Shown here: piece by piece, positions 17,790 to 26,552 of the stretch
Layout: every line of letters starts with the position of its first letter
How positions within the stretch are numbered: the first letter of the stretch is position 1
Virus record (IMG/VR): IMGVR_UViG_2974764813_000001
Span: 1 to 64,000 of that record
DNA from: a virus
Lineage: Duplodnaviria > Caudoviricetes
Strand: one strand, 5' to 3'
Length of the DNA: 64,000 bases
The notes under the pieces: model-generated
Seen by the model: the letters and a program-made list of their open reading frames with translations, nothing else
Told to the model about the DNA's origin: nothing
Databases searched by the model: none
Translations under genes and position numbers: made by a program

Positions 17790-18934
17790 GCACCCCGCTG
17801 CGCTGGCCGGTGTCCATGCACGACTTCAACCGCAAGCTCGACGGGTATCCCGTCTTCCGCATTGCGGCCGTGAAGAATCCCGGCACCTGGTCGGCTCCCG
17901 ACGTCGGGCTACAGGCCGACATCGCCCACATGCTCGACCACCGCGTCTTCGCCGAGCTGGACAACTTCTACAACCCAGGCTTCGGCCCGGTGCTCAGCCC
18001 TACCGACGGCCCGTCCTACATCGAGACGGTGCATGAGGGCGTCGAGAACGCCGTGCGGTTCCTGAGCGACCTTGACGCCCAGTACGTTCTGATCGGCCAC
18101 AGCAAGGGCGCCCAGGTGTCCTACGAGATCGCCCGCGAGCACGAGCCCGGCGGCCGTCTGGCCCACCGTGAACGAGATCTGCTCTCCATCGTCAACTGTG
18201 GCGACCCGTGCCGCTTCGACGGCACCGTCAACACCGGCCACAAGCCGCCTGGGGGAGGCATCGCCCGGCGGCGCCCGCTGATCCCTACGCTGGCCAATCG
18301 CTACATCAGCCTGGCCCTCGACGACGACATGTACTGCACGGCCGACGCCGAGAAGGACTACCTCTGGATCGGATACGCCGCGCTGGCAGGCGATTACGAC
18401 CGCCCCGGCTCGGGCCTGCAGCTGCACGACCTCGGCGCCCTGGCCACCACCATGCTCCAGCTCATCCAGCGCGATGAGTTCGTCGATGCGCTCGCCGAGC
18501 TGCTGCCCATCGACTACCCCGGCTTGTCCACGGCGGTCAGTGAGCTGACCGGCAAGGACGGCATGAAGCTACTGGAGAATCGTGAAACCGTGCACGGCGG
18601 CCTGCTCGGAGCTCTGCTCGGGGGTGGGGCCATCACCGCGTCCCCGTTCGGCCTCTTCACTGCCGGAGCCGGATTCCTCGGCGGCCTCATCTCTGGCATC
18701 CCCACCATTGGCCCTCTCGCCGGTGGTCTGCTCTCCGGGGTTCTCGGCTCCGGCACAGGGGGTACAGCAAAAGGATGGACCAAAATGGGCAGGACCGTTG
18801 CGAAGCTTTTGGCGTTCGCGGCGAGCAACGACCATGGCCGCTACGGCGACCCCACACGCGCTGTGTTCCAAGGCAAGACCGGCGTCCAGTGGGCGGCCGA
18901 CTACCTCAACGCTCGCGGAAAGCAGCTGGTGTGA
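17786..18934 (+). CDS. lysB: Lysin B-like serine esterase/cutinase
   Basis: IGHSKGA nucleophile elbow, GDP.R, GGI, DDMYC, C-terminal H..Y; next to membrane genes. Confidence 0.75.
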   Translation: MSTPLRWPVSMHDFNRKLDGYPVFRIAAVKNPGTWSAPDVGLQADIAHMLDHRVFAELDNFYNPGFGPVLSPTDGPSYIETVHEGVENAVRFLSDLDAQYVLIGHSKGAQVSYEIAREHEPGGRLAHRERDLLSIVNCGDPCRFDGTVNTGHKPPGGGIARRRPLIPTLANRYISLALDDDMYCTADAEKDYLWIGYAALAGDYDRPGSGLQLHDLGALATTMLQLIQRDEFVDALAELLPIDYPGLSTAVSELTGKDGMKLLENRETVHGGLLGALLGGGAITASPFGLFTAGAGFLGGLISGIPTIGPLAGGLLSGVLGSGTGGTAKGWTKMGRTVAKLLAFAASNDHGRYGDPTRAVFQGKTGVQWAADYLNARGKQLV

Positions 18935-18947
18935 GGCGGTGGTGAGC

Positions 18948-19493
18948 GTGAACGCACCCTGGAACCGGGAGACCGAGTACGAGGATCCGCGCGACGCCAT
19001 CATCCGGCGTAACGGCTGGGCGCTGTCCTGGCTCGCAACCATTTTCGGAATTACGATCATCGCCTGCCACATCGAGAGCGGCAAGGCGCGCTGGTCGTCC
19101 TCGGTGTGGGAGTACGCGCTGCAGGTGCCGGGATCTCCGGCCACCTGGGGATTTGTCATTCTCGCCTCGGGCCTGATGCTGCTTTACGGTAACCGAGACC
19201 CGCACCGGCAACGCATTCGCAATATCGGTTATTGGATTGGCTTTTGGTGGTTCTGTGCGCTGGACGCCACGGCAATGCTGTCGCTTATCGACGATCTCGT
19301 CGATGCCGATCCGCTGAATATCGCCAATCCTCTTGCCGTCATTTCGTGGACCTATGTCGCCTATATCTATCGCGAGCGGGTCGACCTGTCGAAGTCGCAC
19401 GCCGAACCGATTGCTAAACGTCTGTTGGTCAATACGACAGAGGCGGTACGGAAAATGAGCATTCGAGCGGGACGAGGATTTCGTTATGGGTGA
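18948..19493 (+). CDS. Membrane protein (holin-like; start uncertain)
   Basis: About four hydrophobic segments; follows lysin B. Confidence 0.6.
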   Translation: MNAPWNRETEYEDPRDAIIRRNGWALSWLATIFGITIIACHIESGKARWSSSVWEYALQVPGSPATWGFVILASGLMLLYGNRDPHRQRIRNIGYWIGFWWFCALDATAMLSLIDDLVDADPLNIANPLAVISWTYVAYIYRERVDLSKSHAEPIAKRLLVNTTEAVRKMSIRAGRGFRYG

Positions 19494-19929
19494 CACGCGC
19501 CGTAGATCGTCCAGGCACGTTACCCATGTGACAATTATGTTGGCTCTGGCGATTATCGCCTTCGAGCAGCTCGTGATCGGACCGAAAGGGTCAGTGGTGG
19601 TGTTGGCCATGCCCGAGCCAGTGCAGCGGCTGTTTGCCTGCACGTTGCTCGCCGGGTCGGTCTCCGCGCTGCTGTCAGCGGTGTGGGTCGAGTTCCCCAC
19701 CGACCGGCGCTCCTGGTTGCCGCCCGCGGCGTTCCTTGATCTCGGCGGCATGATCGGCTGTACCACGGCGCTGTTCGTCTACTCGTTCAACCTGCGCGAC
19801 ACCGTGCAGTTCTGGAGCACCAGCCTGGGTGTGGTGCTGTCGTTCCTCGGGGTGGCCTGCGGGGTGCGGGCCTACCAAGCCTTCCGGTTCATCCGCCGAA
19901 ACTTCCACTTGATGAAGCGGGTGAAATGA
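19486..19929 (+). CDS. Membrane protein (holin-like)
   Basis: About four TM segments; basic C-terminus. Confidence 0.6.
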   Translation: MGDTRRRSSRHVTHVTIMLALAIIAFEQLVIGPKGSVVVLAMPEPVQRLFACTLLAGSVSALLSAVWVEFPTDRRSWLPPAAFLDLGGMIGCTTALFVYSFNLRDTVQFWSTSLGVVLSFLGVACGVRAYQAFRFIRRNFHLMKRVK

Positions 19930-20315
19930 ACTGGGAGCTGGTGCTGACTTCCACCGCTATCGCCACGGTGCTCTCCACCGTCGTGGCGGGGTGGTTCGCC
20001 CGTCCCAAGCAGAAGTCGGAGGCGCGCAAGTTCGACACCGACGCCGATCTTGCCGTCACCGATCTCAACGTCCGGCACGCCCGTGAAGAGGCCGACCGCG
20101 CCCAGGCAGCTCGCGAGGAGGCCGAGCGCTCCCGCAACGCCTGCCGCCAGAGCCTGGTGCGCTCCCTGGACCTCTCAGACGTGATTCTGGACGCCTTTGA
20201 GCGCATGATTGCAGTGCTGCGGGCCGGGCGACTGCCCACCCCCGACGAGATCGACGAGATCGTCTCGGAGACAATCGTGCCCACTCGGCGCACGGTGCGT
20301 GAGCTCCGGCCGTAG
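19926..20315 (+). CDS. Single-TM coiled-coil lysis-cassette protein
   Basis: N-terminal TM followed by a coiled coil. Confidence 0.55.
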   Translation: MNWELVLTSTAIATVLSTVVAGWFARPKQKSEARKFDTDADLAVTDLNVRHAREEADRAQAAREEAERSRNACRQSLVRSLDLSDVILDAFERMIAVLRAGRLPTPDEIDEIVSETIVPTRRTVRELRP

Positions 20316-20473
20316 CAACCATCACGATCACCGGCCGTAGGGCCGGAACCCCCGACTGACGGCGTCAGTGAGTTTCACTGTTTCCCCACTTCGACTCACT
20401 CTCATTCATTGCCACTCATTGTCTTTCATGGATGTGTTTTCGCAGGTAAACCTGCATTTCGGGCTCCAGGATA

Positions 20474-20499
20474 AGGGTTTCGAATCCCCTTAGCTCCAC
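20474..20499 (+). mobile_element. attP: attP core matching the 3' end of an actinobacterial tRNA-Ala
   Basis: AGGGTTTCGAATCCCCTTAGCTCCAC resembles a tRNA-Ala T-arm plus acceptor 3' strand; directly upstream of the integrase; GTCAGT repeats nearby may be arm sites. Confidence 0.8.
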
Positions 20500-20587
20500 A
20501 GGAAAACCGCAGGTCAGAGGGTTTTCGAAAGGCCCGAGGGGCCGCCGTCAGTCCACGGTCAGTGGAAAACGGTGGTAATGTCCCCTC

Positions 20588-21727
20588 GTGGCCTTCGTTC
20601 GCACGCGCTACCGCAAAGACGGATCACCGTACTTTTCGGTCGTGTTCAAGCTCTCTGACGGGACCGAGACTTCGGACTCGTACAACGATCTCCCCAGCGC
20701 CGAGAAGACCAAGATGCTCGTTGATGCGGTCGGCGGCGACAAGGCACTGGAGATCCTCGGGATCCCGCACCCCAGCGAGCGCCGCAAGGGCGCCAGGGGC
20801 GCGGGCCCCACCGTCGCCGAGTGGGTCGAGCACTACATCGACCACCTCACCGGTATCGACAAGGGCACCATCACCAAGTACCGGGCCTACCTCAAGAACG
20901 ACATCACCCCGATTCTGGGCGAGATCCCACTCACCGAGCTGTCGCGCGATCACCTGTCGCGCTGGGTGCAGTGGATGGAGAAGGAGGGTGCGCTCAACCG
21001 TGACGGCTCGCGCCGTCCGGCCAAGCCCAAGACCATCGCCAACAAGCACGGCTTCCTGTCCGGCGTGCTGGACGCCGCGGTGCCCAAGCACATCCCGGCC
21101 AATCCCGCCGAGGACCGGCGGCTGCCGAAGGACACCGCGCGCGACGCCGACGAGGAGATGGTCTTCCTCACCCGCAACGAATTTGCTCGACTGCTCGATA
21201 GCGTCACTGAGTACTGGCGTCCACTGGTGGAGTTCCTGGTGGCGTCGGGTTGCCGCTGGGGTGAGGCATCGGCGCTTCGCCCCGAGGATGTCAACCGCAC
21301 CGAGGGGACGGTGCGTATTCGCCGCGCCTGGACGTACAGTCCCGGCGGGGAGAAGTACCGCTTGGTGAAAACCAAGGGAAAGAGCAAACGCACCATTAAT
21401 GTGCCACGCTCTGTATTAACCAAACTGAATTATAATCATGAATGGGTATTTGTGAATCGCGCCGGGGGACCGGTCCGCAATCATGGTTTTCATCGGCGCG
21501 TGTGGGTGCCAGCGGTGAAAAAGGCTGATCTTGACGTTAGCCCGCGAATTCATGACCTCCGGCACACCTGTGCCTCCTGGCTAATTTCGGCGGGTGTGCC
21601 GCTGCCGGTCATCCAGAGACACCTTGGGCACCAGTCAATTAAGACCACCATCGACGTCTACGGACATCTGGATCGAACCTCGTTCGCGGTGGCCGCAGAT
21701 GTGATAGAGGGCGTGCTAGGCGCCTGA
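20588..21727 (+). CDS. int: Tyrosine integrase
   Basis: SGCRWGEA, HDLRHT, LGHQS..TT.D.YGH catalytic residues. Confidence 0.95.
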   Translation: MAFVRTRYRKDGSPYFSVVFKLSDGTETSDSYNDLPSAEKTKMLVDAVGGDKALEILGIPHPSERRKGARGAGPTVAEWVEHYIDHLTGIDKGTITKYRAYLKNDITPILGEIPLTELSRDHLSRWVQWMEKEGALNRDGSRRPAKPKTIANKHGFLSGVLDAAVPKHIPANPAEDRRLPKDTARDADEEMVFLTRNEFARLLDSVTEYWRPLVEFLVASGCRWGEASALRPEDVNRTEGTVRIRRAWTYSPGGEKYRLVKTKGKSKRTINVPRSVLTKLNYNHEWVFVNRAGGPVRNHGFHRRVWVPAVKKADLDVSPRIHDLRHTCASWLISAGVPLPVIQRHLGHQSIKTTIDVYGHLDRTSFAVAADVIEGVLGA

Positions 21728-21867
21728 TTTTGCAACTGCAAACATGTGATTAAGCCGGTCTAAGTACTGCTTGACGCGGAAACAAATTTCCGGTGTTATG
21801 TCAAGAGCAACACGCCTTCCGCAAAGGACGTGTTGCTGCTCTATCTCTTCGATCTCGTATTTCTTGT

Positions 21868-22644
21868 GTGAATGGATCTCGCGTGACCCGTGTCCTCTTT
21901 ATTAACGCCTGCGTCGTCATTTTGTGCTGGGCCTTGTGGGCCCGTCGCGCGACGTGGGCGAACCGCTGGCAGGTGCCGACGACGTTGAGCATGGCGCTGC
22001 TGGCGACCTCGGTGCTGATGCTGGACGAGCGTATGTCCGAGTGGCTCGGGCAACCGCTACACGCGATCACCGGCTACTGGAACGTCGAGGACCTCCTGGG
22101 GCACCTGTTGTTCCTCGGCGCCGCGGGCTGCCTGGTGGTCTCAGTGCTGATGCGCCTGGGCGACGACGACTCGATCCAGGGGGCGGCCCGCCAGTTCCTG
22201 GAGCGTCCGGCGGCAGTGGTGCTCGCGGCAATGCTGTGGACGTTCTGCGCGAGCCAGTGCAGCAATGAGTACATCCCGGACTTCTTGCAGGCGCCTGTGG
22301 ATGTGTGGCTGGTGGCCTACCGGCTGATCGTGGGGCTGGCGCTGGTCTACCAGTTCGGCCTGGCGATGGTGGCACTGCTCGTTTTACGCCAGGACACCGA
22401 GCACAAGATGGTTGCCACCGCCTACCTGGTGGTGTGCGCCGCCGGAACACTCTCGGCGCTGCTCTACAGCATCGCCGCAATGATCCCCGGCGCAGGCGAG
22501 CGCATCGCAACTCTGGAGTGGGCGCTGACAGCTCTGTTCGGGGTGGGCTTCGTGGTGGCCAACTCAGCGAAGGCCATCACCGCTATCCGAGCGGTGGGGC
22601 GTCTTTACGCACCTTCATCTTGGAAATCCTTGTCTCGGCGGTAG
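21868..22644 (+). CDS. Multi-pass membrane protein (start uncertain), convergent with and overlapping the repressor
   Basis: About seven hydrophobic segments; lies between int and the repressor. Confidence 0.65.
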   Translation: MNGSRVTRVLFINACVVILCWALWARRATWANRWQVPTTLSMALLATSVLMLDERMSEWLGQPLHAITGYWNVEDLLGHLLFLGAAGCLVVSVLMRLGDDDSIQGAARQFLERPAAVVLAAMLWTFCASQCSNEYIPDFLQAPVDVWLVAYRLIVGLALVYQFGLAMVALLVLRQDTEHKMVATAYLVVCAAGTLSALLYSIAAMIPGAGERIATLEWALTALFGVGFVVANSAKAITAIRAVGRLYAPSSWKSLSRR

Positions 22645-22957
22645 TCGCCGCAGGGGCGGCGGTCTTCGTGGCCGTCGCCAGGGGACTGGGCGCAGTGCGT
22701 AGTCGCCCCGCCTCGTCGACCTCGGCGACCTCTAGGTAACCGAACTCCACCTGTAGCCATCTCGGGTTGATCCCGAAATGGCGGCCTATCTGATCGAGCT
22801 CTTCGTAGGTCGGGAAGTCCGCGGCATCCTTGCGGCGTGAGTACGTCGCTGGGGGCTTGTTGAGCGCGCCCGCGATCTCCGCGTCCACTATGTCGCGGTC
22901 CAGCACCCACTCCAGGACCCGCTTGAGGCCCCGGCCTTCCCTGCTGTTTTTGGGCAT
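22583..22957 (-). CDS. Immunity repressor (XRE-type HTH)
   Basis: DAEIAGALNKPPATYSRR...FPTYEELD.I...FGINP..L HTH; divergent from the Cro-like gene. Confidence 0.7.
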   Translation of the reverse strand: MPKNSREGRGLKRVLEWVLDRDIVDAEIAGALNKPPATYSRRKDAADFPTYEELDQIGRHFGINPRWLQVEFGYLEVAEVDEAGRLRTAPSPLATATKTAAPAATTAETRISKMKVRKDAPPLG

Positions 22958-22971
22958 GCGCTCAATGGTAC

Positions 22972-23072
22972 TTCCGTTTTCGGAAACGCGGCAACCCTAT
23001 GTGAACTGGGCCATTGACTTCGGAAGTTGATCCGACACGCCCATAAGTGGGACTTAACTTCCAAAAATGGAA
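22972..23072. promoter_or_regulatory. Genetic switch with palindromic operators TTCCG-TTTT-CGGAA (22972-85) and TTCCA-AAAA-TGGAA (23059-72)
   Basis: Two perfect 5-4-5 palindromes in the repressor/cro intergenic gap. Confidence 0.7.
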
Positions 23073-23094
23073 GCCCGCTGCTAGTGTTGCAAGC

Positions 23095-23388
23095 ATGTCA
23101 GCGAGCTCATTGGAGCTGCACTGGATTCCCGAGTCGGTCTCAAACCTTATGCGCGCCAACGGCGTTCGGGATCGTGCAGATTTAGCAAAGAAGAACATCG
23201 GCATCGGCCAGACGACCATCTACCGGTCGTTCGATGAGCGGTGGGGCGGGAAAGTTCAGGCGAATATGCTGCATGCACTGGCTGTCTGGACCCAGATTCC
23301 GTTATCACAACTGGTGCTTCAGATCGTCGTCGATCCGACGGCAGTGCTCGACGGCAAGCCCCGCGCAAAGCGCCGGAGCGAATCATGA
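23095..23388 (+). CDS. Cro-like HTH protein
   Basis: RADLAKKNIGIGQTTIYR HTH; divergent from the repressor. Confidence 0.6.
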   Translation: MSASSLELHWIPESVSNLMRANGVRDRADLAKKNIGIGQTTIYRSFDERWGGKVQANMLHALAVWTQIPLSQLVLQIVVDPTAVLDGKPRAKRRSES

Positions 23389-23648
23389 GTCCACTTACGT
23401 ACAGCCTCACCGAGGTCGCCCAAGCCATCTGCGGTGACGATCTGGGCGATCCCGAAGCCTGGGTGAAGCGCAAGATCCTCGACGGCACGTTCGGCGCCAT
23501 CAAGGTCGGCCGCTCCTACCGGATGACCCACGACCAGTTCATGGCGGCGCTGGCCACCCTGGAGGTCCGCGTCACCCCGAGGCAGGCCCCGGCCACCACC
23601 GGACTCACCGCGTCCTCGGCGCGGCGCCGCCGGAAGCTGCAGTCGTGA
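23385..23648 (+). CDS. xis: Excisionase / MerR-like HTH protein
   Basis: YSLTEVA...W....I.DG..GAIKVGRSYRMT pattern; downstream of cro. Confidence 0.7.
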   Translation: MSPLTYSLTEVAQAICGDDLGDPEAWVKRKILDGTFGAIKVGRSYRMTHDQFMAALATLEVRVTPRQAPATTGLTASSARRRRKLQS

Positions 23649-23842
23649 CCGCGCCCGCGCCACGCCTGGCGCTGTGGTGCGACCGCTGCGGCAAGCAGTT
23701 CTCCACCGCGTCGATCACCTCGCACTGCGCGAGCTGCACACCCGAGCCGGAGACCGCGGTCTGTGATCCCCGCCGTCTGCAACGAGAAAACGTAGAGGCG
23801 GTTGTCGCCTCGTCTGTGACTGGATCGAGGGAGTCCTGGTGA
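23645..23842 (+). CDS. Small zinc-finger protein
   Basis: CDRC...CASC; GTGA overlaps. Confidence 0.4.
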   Translation: MTAPAPRLALWCDRCGKQFSTASITSHCASCTPEPETAVCDPRRLQRENVEAVVASSVTGSRESW

Positions 23843-26178
23843 GCGCAATCAACGTCTTCGAGGCGGCCGTGCATTCTGAGAGCGAGCGGGAGCGCGAGCA
23901 CCGCATCGCCTCCGACAAGCTCGCCGCGGCCATCTACGACTGCAAGGAGCGGTTCGGCGAGTTCGTCATGGCCGCCAAGGACATCGGCGACTTCCGCGAC
24001 CGCATCGCGCTGTGCCGCGACGACATGATCAAGACCGTCGAGCCGCACCTGTTCCCGCGCACCGGGGTGATGCGCCGGGTGTGCAAGCAGCTCGAGCGTG
24101 AGTACGTCGCGAGCAAGCCCAAGAAGAAGGCCGACTTCACCGAGACCCTGGTGCCCGAGGGCGACTTCAAGGGCTACCTCGACTCGGTCGACGACAACGC
24201 CCGCGCCAAGGTCGACGTCAACTTCACCGGCCCCGCCGTCGAGCACACCGGCGACCCGGCCGACACCAACTTCGTCGACGGCAAGACCAAGGAGGCCGTC
24301 AACCGCTTCGCCCGCTGGTGCAAGCAGGCCAACGTGCGGCCGTCGCTGGACGCCCTGGATCGCTTCGCCAGCCAGACGCCGCTGTCCGACGACGCCTACC
24401 TGCGGCTGGTCTCGGCGGTGCAGCGCTCGGCCGGTGACCTCATTCCGTTCCCCATGGATCGACGCAAGGCGATGGATGAGCCGCGGAAGTACTACGTCGG
24501 CCCGCAGGACAGCACCCCTTCGGGTTACACGTGGCTTCACGATGGGGGCAGGGAGCTCACCGATAAAGAGACCGCTCAGGCATACGACCGCGCAAACAAG
24601 TCACTGCCAAAGAGGGACTCGGCTCGGCACACCGCCGCGCCGGACTACCTGCAGAAGGCCAACGACGCGCTGACCGGCCTGCTCAACCAGGAGGCCGAGC
24701 AGTTCCAGGAGCAGATCGCCCCGATGCAGCAGGCGCTGGTCGTGGTGCAGCAGGCGCTGCAGGAACAGCAGGCCGCCAACCCGTTCAACGTCATGCCCGG
24801 CGGCTCGATCAACGTGATGCCCGGCGCCGACGCGGCCGGTGGTGGTGACCCCTCCATGGGTGGTGCCCCCGGCGGCATGCCCGGCATGGACCCGAGCATG
24901 GGCGGCGGCGACCCCTCCATGGGCGGCGGCATGCCTCCGATGGATCCAAGCATGGGCGGCGGCATGCCTCCGATGGATCCAGGCATGGGCGGCGGCATGC
25001 CTCCGATGGATCCGTCGATGGGCGCGATGCCTCCCCAGGACCCGAGCCAGCAGATGATGGCCCGCAAGGCTGATGCTCGCCAGGCGAGCTTGCGCTTTGC
25101 CGACGTCCTGCGGGCCTGGGACGAGTGGAACGCCAAGAAGCCGCAGAAGGGTGGGCTGCCCACCGGCAGCGAGGTCGACTTCGACCAGTTCGCCCAGGAG
25201 ACCGGCGTCGGCCAGCGCGCCCTGCAGAAGCTCAAGAAGCATCTGACCGGTCAGCACAAGCAGGCCGCCGGGTGGGCTGAAGAGTACGAGCAGTACCACC
25301 CCATCGACATGGCCCACGCCGATGCGCAGGAGCAGGCGTTCCTGGCCGACCCGCACGGGTACGCCGCCCAGCACCTCACCAACGGTGGCTCCTCGAACCA
25401 TCCCTGGGTGCGCTCGGAATGGGTGGCCCCGGAGCTCAACCCCGAGTACACCCCGTGGTACCTGCGCCCCAAGGGTGCGCCGGAGCCGGATGTGCCGCAG
25501 TACCTGACCGAAGGGCGCTACGAGCACACCCACAACCCGGACTGGCGCAACAACTTCGCCGTGGTGGACCAGAACCACTCGCACTTCACCGGGCCGCAGC
25601 GCAGCTACTTCAGCGAAGGCCAGGAGCCGAAGGAGCCGCCCGCCGAGAAGCCTGCCTACCTCAACAAGAACGACTGGCGGGCCAAGAACCGCCCGCTGGC
25701 CACTGACTACCTCAAGGGCAAGCAGGCCAGCCGCAAGCAGGCATGGATGGGCTGGGGCACCCCGGCGCAACCCGCGGGTCGCAAGATCGCCGGGTTCGAC
25801 TGGGACGGCCACCTGGAGGCGCACGTCGCCAGCGCTCCCCAGAAGTTCGCCTGCGAGTGCGGGGCGGGCTTCCAGGTGCCCAGCGGCTTCCACCGCTGCG
25901 CCTGCGGCAAGCAGTGGAACAGCTACGTGATCGGCACCGGCGGTGACCGCCACGAAGCCTCCGCACCGCGCTACCTGGTGCGCGAAGTCCCGGTCCGCGA
26001 CGGCGTCATCGTCGCCAGCAAGCAGTCCGCGATCTACGACGTCACCGACCCCGGTGAGTTCGAAGAGGACGGCGGCGAGGACCCCGGCACCTCAACGATG
26101 AAGCCGATGCCTTCCGACTGGGCCCGGCGCAACCCCGACGGCAAGTGGAACAAGGGACCGAAGAAGGCGATTCAGTGA
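23839..26178 (+). CDS. Large head-associated protein with Met/Gly/Pro repeat and C-terminal Cys cluster
   Basis: First large gene of the virion operon; CECG...CACG; multiple [RKH]xA motifs. Confidence 0.7.
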   Translation: MSAINVFEAAVHSESEREREHRIASDKLAAAIYDCKERFGEFVMAAKDIGDFRDRIALCRDDMIKTVEPHLFPRTGVMRRVCKQLEREYVASKPKKKADFTETLVPEGDFKGYLDSVDDNARAKVDVNFTGPAVEHTGDPADTNFVDGKTKEAVNRFARWCKQANVRPSLDALDRFASQTPLSDDAYLRLVSAVQRSAGDLIPFPMDRRKAMDEPRKYYVGPQDSTPSGYTWLHDGGRELTDKETAQAYDRANKSLPKRDSARHTAAPDYLQKANDALTGLLNQEAEQFQEQIAPMQQALVVVQQALQEQQAANPFNVMPGGSINVMPGADAAGGGDPSMGGAPGGMPGMDPSMGGGDPSMGGGMPPMDPSMGGGMPPMDPGMGGGMPPMDPSMGAMPPQDPSQQMMARKADARQASLRFADVLRAWDEWNAKKPQKGGLPTGSEVDFDQFAQETGVGQRALQKLKKHLTGQHKQAAGWAEEYEQYHPIDMAHADAQEQAFLADPHGYAAQHLTNGGSSNHPWVRSEWVAPELNPEYTPWYLRPKGAPEPDVPQYLTEGRYEHTHNPDWRNNFAVVDQNHSHFTGPQRSYFSEGQEPKEPPAEKPAYLNKNDWRAKNRPLATDYLKGKQASRKQAWMGWGTPAQPAGRKIAGFDWDGHLEAHVASAPQKFACECGAGFQVPSGFHRCACGKQWNSYVIGTGGDRHEASAPRYLVREVPVRDGVIVASKQSAIYDVTDPGEFEEDGGEDPGTSTMKPMPSDWARRNPDGKWNKGPKKAIQ
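24841..25035 (+). repeat. 33-bp tandem repeat encoding MGGGMPPMDP(S/G)
   Basis: GGCGGCGGCATGCCTCCGATGGATCC repeated three times near-exactly, plus degenerate copies. Confidence 0.85.
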
Positions 26179-26552
26179 CAGTCCGGTTGTGCTTCTCCTG
26201 CAAGGAACTGCGGGAGATCGTCTACGTCGACCCGGTGTATCGCGGGCACTGCTCGGCCTGCGTCACCGGCCCGACGTCTCAGGTCGGCTCGGTGGTCCGG
26301 GCCATGCAGTTCCTGAGCGCGACGGTCCCCTTCCAGGTCGGTGACCGCGTCGAAGCGCGTACCGGCGGCGAGCTGTACGACGGTGTGGGCACCGTGACCG
26401 AGGTCAGCTTCGACCTCGAGCACGGTGGCACGCCGGTCTACCCGACGTTCCACGTCGTCATCGACGAGCCCGCCGACGAGCACGCTCCCGCTGACGGCTG
26501 GTACACCGAGGTCTGCCTGGCCAAGCTCAGCCACCTGGAGCCGGTCGGGTGA
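26175..26552 (+). CDS. Zinc-finger plus SH3-like hypothetical protein
   Basis: CFSC...CSAC, FQVGDRVE; GTGA overlaps. Confidence 0.6.
   Translation: MTVRLCFSCKELREIVYVDPVYRGHCSACVTGPTSQVGSVVRAMQFLSATVPFQVGDRVEARTGGELYDGVGTVTEVSFDLEHGGTPVYPTFHVVIDEPADEHAPADGWYTEVCLAKLSHLEPVG

Noticed and set aside
20461-20500. Possible tRNA gene
   Set aside because: Only the T-arm and acceptor 3' strand are present; interpreted as the attP core.
21360-21560. AT-rich patch with TATAAT (21431) inside the integrase
   Set aside because: No convincing -35 or extended -10; it may be simple mosaicism, so no promoter was called.
20588-22957. Integration-dependent immunity (attP inside the repressor gene)
   Set aside because: attP lies upstream of int, not within the repressor, and a separate excisionase is present.
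21728-23094. LexA/SOS box near the immunity region
   Set aside because: No match to the mycobacterial TCGAAC-N4-GTTCGA consensus was found by eye.
24841-25035. CRISPR-like array
   Set aside because: The repeats are contiguous, in-frame and lack unique spacers.
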